Shown here one piece after another: positions 52,371 through 64,000 of a DNA stretch of 64,000 bases. The DNA is from Lama glama (Eukaryota). The position numbers and the translations under genes are program-made. The stretch spans positions 42,286,001-42,350,000 of the forward strand of contig CM052817.1 of the NCBI GenBank assembly GCA_028534125.1, given 5' to 3'. The stretch's first letter is position 1. Each line of letters starts with the position of its first letter. The notes under the pieces were generated by a model. It searched no databases. It was given only the letters and a program-made list of their open reading frames with translations, and was not told the origin of the DNA.

Positions 52371-55300
52371 ATACTTCATGATTTAAAAAAAAATGAACAC
52401 CATCAGGAGCACTTTCCTAATTATACAAGGACAATAATATTGATTTCCAACATAATACATGACTTTAATCTCAACTTTCTGAGGGCCAAACTCCTGTGAA
52501 TTGATGTCCAAGTGAAATAGTCAACTCAATCACATTCTGTTTGGCTGAACACACGGATGCACACACATACTCACACACGAGCATCCTCTTGGTGTAACAT
52601 AAGCACCAATAACCTCATTTAAAGGCTGAGGCCCCGTGCATTTGTCTTTTCTCTCTATCTGATGAATTCTTCAAGGGCAGGACAGTGTCCCTTTATGCTC
52701 GGCCAGCCGTCCCTGGCATATTGTAAGCACTCAATAAATAATAATTAATTCAGTCGTTTAATAAATAATTCTGCGTTTACTCAATAAATAATAATTAATG
52801 ATAAAGTGACCGAAAAGAATGGCAAAATTTGAAGAAAAATGTTATAGATGAGATATTTACCTGTTTAAATTGAATTAAATGTCATTTTTGCAGAAGATGT
52901 ACTTAGAACCTGAGTCCTACGAATTTGATATAGATACTTATGCCTTAGATTTTCGAACACTCTTGTTCTTTTAGTTCATCTCATCACCAGTGTCTCAGCT
53001 GTATTCACATACATTTATATAAACCTGTATTATGCATGTGTGCATTCATACATTTATCCATGTCCCTGTATTTGTATACATTTATACATGCATAAACACT
53101 TTTTCCCCATCTCAGTCTATATATCACTGACCCTTGGCAAGCCTGTGAGGCATTACATTTATTTTTGTGAGTGTGTATGTGGGAGGAAGTCACTCCATTT
53201 TGCCGACTTGTACCCCAGATCTTCTATGCCTCAAGTCCTTAACTATCATAGGAGTTAGTAATATTATTACTATCAGATTACTATTTAGTTAATCTCATAA
53301 ACTAACTTGTCATGAGGTATTAGTAGCTCAGTGAATTACTTTCTTACCTTAATAAGAACTGTTGCTACTTTCCTCTTAAAAAGTGATTGACTGCGTGAAT
53401 TCCAGACATACCTGTGTTGGAAGTACAATTAAACAGGGATCCTTTTGCTGCTGCTCTAAGTATGGCGTATTTATTCTTGCTACTGAATTCAGATGAAAAG
53501 TGAAAAATAAATTCACCCTGTCATTTGTTTCCATACGTCTAGCTCCTTCATCAAACAGATGAAACAATTAGAAATACCGATTTTGTATTACTTTACTTTT
53601 AGGTTGTACAGACATAGTCTTATTAAAATTTAAACCAGATTTCAAAAGTCCATTTGGTAAACAGAGCAGCACATTAAAAATCATGTGTCATGTTGTAAAT
53701 CAATCCAAGTTGATATGAGCACGAGCGTCTACCAAATTTCCAGTTTGTTTTTCACTTGGATATTGTATTTAAGACTCGTATTCATTTAGTCCTTTCCCCT
53801 CAATAACTGCAATTGAAATTACTGTTCATCTCATTCACAATCCAGTACATGCCTCTTAGAAAAACAAATAAATGTCTGCCTTTTCTGAGTTAGTTCCATA
53901 GAGCAACTACCAAGAATGAACACCACATTTGAAGAAACATGTTAATTCAGACAAGGCTTTTACTGATGAGAACAATTTTGCTAAAGCGAAAGCTTTTTTG
54001 AAGAGGATAATATAAGAAATAGATGTAATAAAAGAAAGGCGCCCTTTAGATGACAATGAGGTGATAACAAGAGCTTGATGCCATGCTTAAGAGTTATTTT
54101 GTTATTTTAGTCTAATGGCCGGGAAGGTCCTTTAAAAATCATCTAGGTGGGTATATATTATATGGAGGTAATAGTGAACATGATGGTTTCCATTTGACTT
54201 TAAAATAAACTTCAAAGTCAGAGAACTTTTTGTATTATTCTGCGTTGTCAATGTATATACTTTTGAAAGGCATGGTTTTCATATGCAAAATATCTTCCCA
54301 ACATGTGCCTATTTTAAAAGAATTCTTTATTTGAAATGTAAAAACACAAAAATAAATACCTTAATTCAACCAGGGAAATTGGTTAAGTCAACTCTATCCC
54401 TTCAAAACTCACCTTTGTCTCTAATGCCTTCACCATCAAGGAAGATTGAAGACAGGATTCGGCGAGAGCTATCCTTCATATTCTACCTGCTCATTAAATG
54501 CCAAGATAGCTTTTTACTCAGTGATACAGCTGCCAATGAAAATAGTGAGCAAAGACAACATCAAGGCCATGTTTTCATTTCGATCATTGTTCCCTAGTGA
54601 ATGACAAGGTTGTGAGCTCTCCGACAACAATTTATATTGACCCAGGCTTCATAAATCTGGTACAGTAGACCGAGTTGCTGAGCTGTATGTTGTGATCATG
54701 TCTATCTCCCAACAACATTAATCACTTGCTCAAGAGGAAGTAGCAGTTCAGGAGTGCTATATCTCCTGCTCGCGACCAAAAGGACATCTTAACAGAAGCC
54801 TTTAATGTTGCCCTTTTTCCCCCAGGGTTTCCATACTCACTGTTCTCTGTAGGTTTCCAATCTCTAGCCTGTCTTGTACTCATTATTAAGCAATGTCAAA
54901 ATGAGCAAAAAATATGCAAGGAAGTATAGACCCATGAGAAAAATATTACATTTGTAAACTACAATTACTAAAAGTGGAGACAGAATTAATAGGACACTGG
55001 ATGCATTTGCCTATGAAAAGAATTAATCTTCCATATCTAGGTTCACTCGAAGTTGGAAATGCATTTGAGACAAAATGATTTTATTTAATTTTCTCCTTCA
55101 GGAAATACTAAACTTAGCCGGAAACCAGCCAACACATCTGTCTCTGAAATGTTCCAGAGCAAAGATATTAACAATGGGTCCAATAGGTTATGCATCTGGC
55201 CACCAAGTGGGAAAAAGGAGGGCTATGACTAATACACAGGAAATTATGCTATTCGACACTATTTTCTATTAGAGAATAAAACAAAGCAAAAAATTAGGTT

Positions 55301-56574
55301 AGTATGAATGAAATGAAATAAATGAGATTGTTTTCTCACATAATGTGATCGTGCCATTTCTTCCAATTGTTTTAGTACATAAACAGAAGCATTCTTTTTT
55401 ACTAAAGAATCACTAAAAGCAAATACATTGCATGGCCTTTTACAGTCTGATTTTTCATTTGCCTTCCTGTAACTGTTAATAGGTACTCTTATGGGAGATT
55501 TAACTTCCTTTATGTGCAAAGTAATTTGTAATCAAGTGGTTGGTTACTTTAAAGAGTAAGATGCATTTTGTTGAACGCTCTTTTCTCTGACATTACAAGC
55601 TAGTCCATACAACATTTCATTCTTCCTTCCCTTTATTCTCTTTAAAAACAAACAAACAAACAAAAAATTTTCACGAAGTGCAAAGTACATAAGGGACACT
55701 TAGTTTTAGTGCTTAAGGTAAACATAATGGCATCTTACTGGGGAGAGACAAGGGAAGAGTTCTCAGCATTTAATTTTTTTCTTACCAGTGTGGGACACTT
55801 TCAGAAAATGTTGTTCCTATCCTCCGTTGCATCATTTGTGATATTTTAGAAAACCTTTTAAACAAGAGTTTAACTGTACACAATTCATCAGACTGACTTC
55901 TTTCATACTGCTGGCAGTTTTAATTATTGTTGATAATACTGATTTTCCAATTGTACTGAGTCTGAAAATAGAAAGGTCAATTGAGTTCACTTTTAAAAAT
56001 ACATAAAATGGTAATACTTTTCCCCAACTCTTTGCGCAAAGGACTAAAGTTTTAATCTCACTCCTGCTACTAACTGGCAGCTTGTAAAGCCATGGATCCT
56101 CTCAGCTTTATCTGTATGAGAAAGACCATTTTTAATACTACAATCTCATGATGGATGGAGAACCAGATTGCTGAAAGATTTGTTCACTGCTTACTAAGTC
56201 ATTTTTAAACCATCTGTACCTGGACTACATTTTGCTTACAATAAAATTAAAATGAGTCTGTGGGTAATAAAGACATTTAAAGGAATGTTGGATAATACAA
56301 TTCAAAGCACAAAAACAATACCAACACTAACATTCTTTTGTACAAATACAATGTAATATGATAGTAAAACCATTGTATCAATAATACTTTTATGATGTAA
56401 GATAGTCTCGTAAGTTATAAATGCACAAAAAAAGGTAAAGAAGGAAAAAGTTCCTCACAATCTTAGAGGGATTAATGTTGTTTTATAATTTTTACTCCCA
56501 CTTTTTTTTTCTGTTCACACAGTATTTTAAATTGAATGCAAATTTATAAATTAGGATGTCTACAGAATCTTAAA

Positions 56575-56686
56575 AAATTTTTTTTAATTAAAAAAATTTT
56601 AATTGAGATATAGTCAGTTACAATGTGTCAGTTTCTGGTGTAATGACCCAGTCATGCCTATGTATACATATATTCATTTTCATATT
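56575..56686 (-). mobile_element. Very short young LINE-1 3' end
   Basis: T-rich tail then AATTGAGATATAGTCAGTTACAATGTGTCAGTTTCTGGTGTA; near reverse complement of 61532-61580. Confidence 0.8.
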
Positions 56687-57129
56687 AATTGAAGCAAAAA
56701 CACTTTCTATGATCAAGAAACTCTTCTTGCACAAATGAAAATAATTTAAATCACACAAAAGAATATTTTTAAAGGTTATTATTTCAAAGAGCAGGTCTTT
56801 GACAGTATCTCTCTTCCTCAACTGTTAGCCTGATTATTTCACAAAAATCAGATCAAGGTCCTTCAATATTGAAATATCAGCAGGATTCTAGGAATATCCC
56901 AAGAGCAACTAAACAGGAACTGGGAGGATTGAGATGGTGATAGGTATTTTGAGCTTTTCATGTAGAAGATAATTTTATATATATATGTATTTTTCTGTAT
57001 AGAGGAGTTAAATGACAAGAAATGAAAGCTGTCTCAAGCAATGCCATGGCAATGACCACAATACCAAGAAAACTGAGTTAATCCATTTTCAAAACACTAA
57101 TCCAATTAGAAAGTACAGGAAAAAACTTA

Positions 57130-58100
57130 CTAAAAGACTTGAGCCACACTCTTCCTGAAAGCTTTTCCAATATCTTCCATGTGCTAAAGAGTTTTAAGTC
57201 TTTACCTCCAGTGTGGGCTCTCTTCTTACTCCAGACTCATGTGCCCAACTGTCTCTGACCAACCATTTGGATGGTTCAGAGTCAGCTTATCCCCCAAATG
57301 TTCAAAACTGAACCTACACATTTACCCAAGCCAGAAACAAAGGGTGAAACCCTCTTCCCTTCAAACCCCAGATTCAATCTCTAGTCAAGTCCTGGTAGTG
57401 TGCCATGTAAACGCCTCTCGCCTCTGTGTCACTTCTCCCTATCACATGCTGACTCCCTCCTTCAGACCACCATTGTCTCTCATCCAAATACGCTACAATA
57501 GCCTCCTCACTGACCTTCGGGAAACCCTGCTCCTCTCCAACCCACACTGCAGTAAGAAAGAGCGATTGGGGGTGAAGTGGGAGGGGACTAAGTGAAACTG
57601 ATTTAGACCCATCTTTGATGAAATCTTTAAATATTTTCTGAGTCCAAACAATTGAAAGAGGATTCCAGTGGCTCTCTGAGCTGGTTCTTGCTTTCCTCCC
57701 AAGCACCATCTCTCAAAATCTCTTGCTTTAAACTCAAAGTTCTAAACTAACTGAAACACTGTACTTCAATATAACATGCTCCTCTCTTCTTGGATCTCTT
57801 CCCATTTTGGCCTTTGCTCGAAAATTATGTTCCTACCCTTTGCGTGGCTAATCTCTACTCATCTTTTCATTATCATCCCTCAGGTCACTTTCAAAACGTA
57901 GACTTCACTACCCTCAAAGGCTTGGCTACATACCCCATCTGGTATGCTCCCAAATCACCTTGCCTTCCTCTCTAGAGGATCTACCTACTGTGTTGAGATT
58001 CCTGGTTACTTGGAAGGTAGGAATTGTGTTTTTGTAACCACTGTATCCCCAAGCCTATTATTTTCTAGATTTCTCCCAGTTTCCCATCTATGTATGCCTT
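57130..58100 (+). mobile_element. Fragmented LINE-2
   Basis: Pyrimidine-rich CTACAATAGCCTCCTCACTG...CTCCAACCCACACTGCAG...CTTGGAAGGTAGGAATTGTG...CACTGTATCCCCA. Confidence 0.6.
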
Positions 58101-58369
58101 TTGGCTCCATCCAGCAGAACCATCCATAACTTGATGAACATGTCTGCACCATCTTTTCTCTCTCCATTACTTCCCCTTGAAATCACCCTCATTACCCAAA
58201 TCTTCCTTGTTCTTCAAAGTCCAGCTCATTTGGCACCCTATCCATGCACACTTTCTTGGTTACACAGTGCAAAACTCTTCAGAGCTTTTGTAACAGTTGT
58301 GTAACATGTAACAGGCTTTGCATGTTAAACACCTTTTTGCCGATCTCCTTCTCTTCCTCAGAAGACACT

Positions 58370-58900
58370 TTCTTCCAATTCATTGGCATGGCATATCTTT
58401 CCATTTGTTTGTGTCATCTTCAATTTCTTTCATCAACGTCTTTGATTTTTCACCTTGATTTGACTTATTCCTTGATATTTTATTATTTTTGATGTAATTG
58501 TAAAGGGGATTATTTTCTTAATTTCTCTTTCTGGTAGTTTGTTATTAGTGTATAGACACTCAGATGTCTGTACATTAATTTTATATCCTGCAACTTTATT
58601 GAATTCTTTCATTAGTTCTAACAATTTTTAGTTGTTTATTTAGAGTTTTCTATATATAGCATATGCCATTGCAAACAGTGACAGGTTTGCTTCTTCCTTT
58701 CCAATTTTGATTCCTTTTCTTTCTTTCTTTCTTCTGTGATTGCTGTGTCTAGGACTTTAAATACTATGTTGAATAAAAGTGGCAAGAGAGTGGGTGTCCT
58801 TATCTTGTTCCTGCTGTTCGGGGAAATGTTTTCAGTTTCTCACTGTTGAGTATGGTGTTGGCTGTGGCTTTGCCATATATGGCTTTTTTATGTTAAGTAT
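58370..58900 (-). mobile_element. LINE-1 ORF2 reverse-transcriptase fragment
   Basis: ORF 58433..58624 ([18 protein letters not shown]...[15 protein letters not shown]) is the ORF2p RT C-terminal region. Confidence 0.92.
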
Positions 58901-59099
58901 ACCCTTTTTGAAACATGGTAACCAGGAGGCTAATTGAGCTATTTAAGGTCATATGGAAATAACATCTGCACTCCTAAAAAGGGTCCTAAGCCTTATGCTA
59001 TTATTCTTCCTTTTAAATGTTACGTTAACACTTAATAAAGTCCATCAATAAACTGATTCTTAAAGTAATAATCTTATTTAGATGACAGAATCTTCATTA

Positions 59100-59580
59100 A
59101 CTGGTCATTTATTGATTCATTTAAAAAATATTTCTTGAACCCCAGTGACAAGCCAGGCAAGCTCAGAACTAGCAATAAGGTAGTGAATATATGAATCCTT
59201 GCTCTGAAGAGGCTAACTGTGTGTGTGCTGGGGGATGGTAGGTGGTGAGTGACAGACATTAAGCGAGCAAATAAGTAAGTAGATAAATTAAATAAATAAA
59301 TAAATAAGCAGGCAAATAAGCAATGGCTACAGATGGTAAAAAGTACTGTGGAGAATATAAACTGAGTGGTAAAGTACAGAGTAACTGGTGAGTCTCTTTC
59401 AGATAAGATGGCCAGAGGAGTGTTCTCAGAGGAGGCAATAAGCGAATTGAAATCTAAAAGATGCAGAGAGCTGAAGAGAATTCTGGGAAGAGGGAACACC
59501 AAGTTCTGAGGCTGGGAGGGATTTTATGAGCTTGAGGAACAAAAAGGAGGCTAGTGTGGTTGGAGTGTGGTGAATAAGGT
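59100..59580 (-). mobile_element. LINE-2 3' end
   Basis: CATTTATTGATTCATTTAAAAAATATTTCTTGAACCC...GAGGAACAAAAAGGAGGCTAGTGTGGTTGGAG. Confidence 0.8.
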
Positions 59581-59949
59581 AGGGGGCCAGAACAATATAC
59601 AGACTGGGTGGCTTAAATCGCGAAAGTTTATTTGGAGGCTGGAAGTCTGAGGTCAGGGAACCAGCATGGTCAAGTTCTGGCGAGAGCTCCCTTCCTGGTT
59701 TGCAGACGGCCATCTTTTTTCTATGTCTACATGTTGCTTTTCCTTGGGATGTGCATAGAAAGAGAGCAAGAAGGATGTCCCTCTCTTCCTCATCTTATAA
59801 GGGCACCAGTCTTACTGGGTTAGGACCGCACCTTGATGACCTCATTTAACCTTAATTATCTCCTCACAGTCCTATCTTCAAATATGGTCACACTGGGGGC
59901 TAGGACTTCAATATATCAATTTTGTGGCTATCCAATACAATCCACAGCA
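59580..59949 (-). mobile_element. MLT1A-like (ERVL-MaLR) solo LTR
   Basis: AGACTGGGTGGCTTAAA...GGAGGCTGGAAGTCTGAGGTCAGG...CTTATAAGGGCACCA...ATGACCTCATTTAACCTTAATTA. Confidence 0.88.
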
Positions 59950-60239
59950 GGAGGATATTATAAATAAGGATGGAAAGAAAAGTGGTCTATATCATGTACT
60001 ACCTGGTAAAAAATTTGGATTCATTTAGAAAGCAAAGGAAAAATATATAAAAATAGGAAAACCTTAAATACTAACTCAGCTTTCTTTCAGCTTCTAGAAA
60101 ATGTATTCATCCAGCGGAAATTTATTAAGCTCCTGTATCAGAGAGACACTATGCCAAGCTCTAAGATTGCAAAGATCAATCATAGATGACCTCTGAGGAG
60201 CTCACAACTGAAGAAGTACACAGGGGAAACATAAACTCA

Positions 60240-61520
60240 TGGGGAAGGAGGATCTTTTCAACAAATAGCTTGGGAACAACTTTGACTCCTATTTCTCAGC
60301 ATATGCAAAAATTAATTGTCACTAGACCATAGACCTCAGTGTAAAAGTTAAAGCTACAAAGCTTATAGAAGAAAACTTCATAATCCTGGGATAGGCAAAG
60401 AGTTTTTAGACATATATATATATAAACATATATAATATATTACTTGTTAATCAATTTTAATAAACAATATAATGCAATGTGTATTATAATTATAATATAA
60501 TACCATATAATTAAAATACAATATATACAGTATAATACAATAATTGGAACTTGGACTTCATCAAAATTAATTTAAAAACTTTTGCTTATGAAAAAACAGA
60601 AAATGAAAAGGCAAGTGACAAACTCAGAGAAAAGATTCACAGTACATTCATTAATCTGATAAAGGATTTGTATAGCCAGCATATATAAAATAAGTCTTAC
60701 ATTTGAATGTCAAAAAGACAAGCCATAACAAATGGGGAAAAAGAAGCTTCCTAAAATAAAAGGTTTATAAATGATCAATAAGTACATGAGAAGATGTTCA
60801 CCATCATTAGTCACCAGGGAAATGCAGTTTAAAACCAAAAAGAGATACCACTGCACTCACTAGCATTGCTAAACAGGAAGACAGATGATGCCAAATGTTG
60901 GTAATGAAATGGAGAAAGTCAACTCTCACATTTCTAGTGGAATTGCAAAGTGGTATAACCATTTAGAAAAACAGTTTAGTACATCCTAATAAAGTTAAAC
61001 ATATAATTCAGCAATTCCATTCCTTTGTATTTACCCAAGATATATGAGAACATGTATCTAATAAAAACTTGTACTTGCATGCCCATAGTAACTTTATTCA
61101 TAACAACCAATAACTAGAAACAATCAAACATCCATTAAGGGGAAAATAGGTATCAACTTGTGCTATATTCATCTGATGGAAACACAGTAATAAAAATGAT
61201 GATACAGTCAACATTATGAATGAATCACAAAAATATTATGCTGAGCAGGAGGCAACAACACAAAAAAAGTACATACAGTGTGATTGCATTTATAGGAAGT
61301 TCAGGTGCAAGCAAAACTAGTCTTTAGTGATAAGAACTTAAAAACAAAAAATGTTCCACGGAAGGGTGAGGATGTGTGGTCAGTATTGATGGAAAGGGAA
61401 CTTTCAAAGGGTAAAGAAAGTCTTCTATATCTTAATTGGATGATGGTTACAAAGGTGTGTCATTTGTCAAAAGTCATCCAACTCTGCTCATGTAAGCTCT
61501 GCATGTTCTACTATATGTAA
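60240..61520 (+). mobile_element. Old LINE-1 (L1MC/MB-type) ORF2 3' part and 3' UTR
   Basis: CATGAGAAGATGTTCACCATCATTAGTCACCAGGGAAATGCAG...CAGCAATTCCATTCCTTTGTATTTACCCAAGA...ATTATGCTGAG. Confidence 0.85.
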
Positions 61521-61531
61521 AATAAAAACGA

Positions 61532-61615
61532 ATTATGCTGTACACCAGAAATTGACACATTGTAACTGACTATACTTCCATAAAAAAATTAAATTAAAAA
61601 TAAAATAAAATAAAT
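61532..61615 (+). mobile_element. Very short young LINE-1 3' end with A-rich tail
   Basis: TTATGCTGTACACCAGAAATTGACACATTGTAACTGACTATACTTC followed by an (AAAAT)n tail. Confidence 0.8.
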
Positions 61616-62489
61616 CAAACTAAAAGAAAAATAGATTTACTAGTAAATTGTAAGTAATAAGAGGGAAATGCAAAGAAGAGAACAATTATGCCTCAGAGTC
61701 TGACTAAATGTAAAGTGGTCAGGAGTGAAGTCTATGATTCAGCCTGACTTATTGGGGAGCCCATGCTGGGTCCAGACTCAGAGGACTGGACTCACTTGAC
61801 AATAGTATTTCACTCTACCAGGCACATGCACTAAGCTCCATGGCTGGGTACTTCTTCCTTTCTTTTGTACCTTTAAGGACAAACAAATATGCCAATAACT
61901 ACCAGGACATCCTGACCTAAAGAAGGCAGATCGAAATTTATGATGAGATACGACTCCTCCCCTTAGTAGATACACTGGCTCTGCCCGAGTTTGAACTCTG
62001 CTGGAAAGCTGGAGAATCTTCCACTTTGGAACTTGTTTCTGTTGTTATTCTGTTGTGGCCTGAAGAGCGCTAGCCCCCAGGGCACAGGGCAAGCCTCATC
62101 TGTTTAGCCTCCTTATTAAGGGAAGGGCGTTCCAGCTTTAGTCTCTCTGGGAAGGGTGGGGATGTTAATGTATTATGCTCTTACTTGTTAATTTTAGGTA
62201 CATGCAGAAGTACATGCAGTGGTTGAACAGTAGCTCTAAGATCAAAGTCAAAATGAGACAAGTTAAAATTAATAAGTTCAAGACATCAGTCCAAAAGATT
62301 TACAGCTTTTTTAGAGATATACAGAAAAATAAAGAAAGATGAACTTTGCACAGACCCAGATAAATATTTGAATAAGCACTTTCTTCTTGATACCCACTTA
62401 CATTTCCTTTAAAGACCCTTTTACATCTACCTGTTTCCCTGACTTGCTGCCCCTTTATGCATCATCTCAATACTCACAGCTGCTGTATT

Positions 62490-62990
62490 TCTGCTAAGAG
62501 CTCAATTTATTGGGCTAAGAACCCAATACTAACTGATTGTCTGTATGATATCATTAAATCTATATTTAATATATTAAATCTATAAACCTATGAGGTGTGC
62601 TATTATTCTTCCTTATTTACAGATGAAAAAAACGAAGGCACAGAGGAGATAAGAAACTGGCTCCAAATTACACAGCCTCTAAGAGTGGAGATTTTAACTC
62701 AGACAACCTAATAGAGATGGGATTTTTAACCATCAAGCTAATCTATCATCTCCTCCTTGCCCCTTGATCTTTTCTCCCTCTTCCTCTAGTAATAACTTTG
62801 TGCTTTTACATACACTATTTAATTTAATCTTTGCAATGACTTTGAGATGTAGGACTTAAAAATCTTTACAGATTAAAAAAAAAAAAAACCCAAAACACTA
62901 AGTTTTGAAAGGTTGATAAAGTTTGCATGGCTAGGAAGTGTTGATGATAGCTGAGTTTGAACACTTATCTACCTTCAGAGCTGTGAGTCT
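62490..62990 (-). mobile_element. Two tandem MIR SINE fragments (~62490-62735 and ~62800-62990)
   Basis: AACCTATGAGG...TATTATT...TTTACAGATGAAAAAAACGAAGGCACAGAG, and a second copy TTTACAGAT...GCTAGGAAGTG...GAGTTTGAAC. Confidence 0.7.
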
Positions 62991-63173
62991 TTCTATCTAA
63001 GAGACACACTTTTAAATTAGAATTTCTCCCCAGGCCCATTTGTGTTTAGATAAGTTGCTAGTTCACAAACTGTGACGTTTCAGGCACCTGCGGAAGTTAT
63101 TTGGGAAGATGGTGTGGGGTGAAGGCTCCGTAAGTGACACCATGTAGTGGCTACGTGTCCCCTTTCTTGTCAG

Positions 63174-63513
63174 GCTGGTGCCGAGTGCGTGGAAGTGAAG
63201 CAATGGGGACTGGGGGGCCACCTCCGTCTCTCCCAAATGCACTGCTGGGTAGTCAGTGTCCACTTGGCTTCTGGTGTTACTGTCTAACCTTGGCATTTGA
63301 CCTTTGACCGCCAGTCACTTCATAACATTAGCACTCAGTCTGTTTAGAATCCTCTAAATCTGACTCTTCCTTCCGTCTGATCTGGACAGTTCAAACAAGG
63401 TGGCTTGTTAACTACAGTGTGATCAGGCTTCAGGAAGTGCTAGAGAAAAGATTTTCAACATATCTTTGGAATCCATCTCAGTATATGGTTGACCTAATTC
63501 GATTTTACTTAAG
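63174..63513 (+). ncRNA. RMST: Probable downstream internal exon of RMST long isoforms (candidate last exon of circRMST)
   Basis: Acceptor CCCCTTTCTTGTCAG| and donor AAG|GTAATT, giving 340 nt of unique sequence with several CpGs. Size and the ~27 kb distance from the poly(A) exon fit my recollection of human RMST. Confidence 0.55.
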
Positions 63514-63864
63514 GTAATTTTAAAATAGTTCGCATTCTTTGGACAACATTACATGAAATGAACCCAGTAGTGAGTTGGAGGTCAAGAGAGAACCAGGCAG
63601 TGTGGAAATTACTGAAACAGGGTGGCATTCGCACATAGTGTTTAAATATTTTTCAAAAGCTTGGAACCTTGTTACTCTTCTAGTCAATTAATATGTTAAG
63701 TTTCTCCACATCTTATTTTCCTTATCTTTAAAGTCAAGACATTGAAATTGTTGAGTTTTAAGATCTTTTTCTATAAAATATTATACCTTCTTTATACTGT
63801 AATATGCTCTGCCTATGTATTTTTAATTTTTAAAAAATATATATGTAAACTATTATTCATGTAT

Positions 63865-64000
63865 TCATCATTCTTTCATTATTAAATTGTTTGCTCAGTT
63901 CCCAAAATTTATTGAGAACCTATACGTGCCAGGCACTGTGTTGACTTGGGTGCAGTAAAGATAAACAAGACACAGCCCCTGCCCCCAAAGAGATCTATGC
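63865..64000 (-). mobile_element. LINE-2 3' end, running off the window
   Basis: TTTATTGAGAACCTATACGTGCCAGGCACTGTG...AACAAGACACAGCCCCTGCCC. Confidence 0.75.

Noticed and set aside
57040..57053. RFX X-box-like palindrome AATGCCATGGCAAT
   Set aside because: It mismatches the key outer GT/AC bases and is isolated among repeats.
58878..58891. TATGGCTTTTTTAT resembling the 5' end of miR-135a
   Set aside because: It lies within L1 ORF2 sequence, lacks the rest of the mature miRNA (TTCCTATGTGA) and has no hairpin partner.
63084..63129. 46-nt micro-exon (TTTCAG|...TCC|GTAAGT) before the 63174 exon
   Set aside because: The intron to 63174 would be only 44 nt, too short for the mammalian spliceosome. 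At most it is a mutually exclusive or cryptic site.
753..63296. ORF-track entries as protein-coding genes
   Set aside because: All are 142 aa or shorter and many start at non-ATG codons. The recognisable ones are L1 ORF1/ORF2 remnants or translations of simple repeats, and no consistent coding exon chain could be built.
1..64000. CRISPR arrays, operons or other prokaryotic or viral systems
   Set aside because: The window is plainly mammalian intronic DNA. There are no regularly spaced repeat-spacer units, long ORFs or retroviral gag/pol/env remnants.

Overview
AT-rich, CpG-poor mammalian genomic DNA, most likely from a camelid, judged from a tRNA-Ala-derived SINE of the camelid type and the absence of Alu, B1 or Bov-A elements. 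I find no credible protein-coding gene. The ORF-track hits are either LINE-1 remnants or chance ORFs. Much of the window is recognisable transposon debris (L1, L2, MIR, MLT1, MER2/MER3) plus microsatellites. The main non-repeat feature is a CpG-enriched ~1.4 kb block (34921-~36320) with a splice acceptor and an AATAAA poly(A) signal. From memory I recognise it as the terminal exon of the neural lncRNA RMST (+ strand). Two further exon-shaped units (33719-33889 and 63174-63513) sit at spacings that fit my recollection of RMST/circRMST structure. This identification is recall only and needs BLAST confirmation. The RMST-hosted miRNAs (miR-1251, miR-135a-2) were not seen and probably lie just outside the window. 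The best leads are an intronic poly(A)-versus-splicing choice, an exon that may double as an enhancer, an 86-nt hairpin, an antisense open cassette exon and several repeat-free motif-rich blocks. I found no clear evidence of a wholly new biological system.
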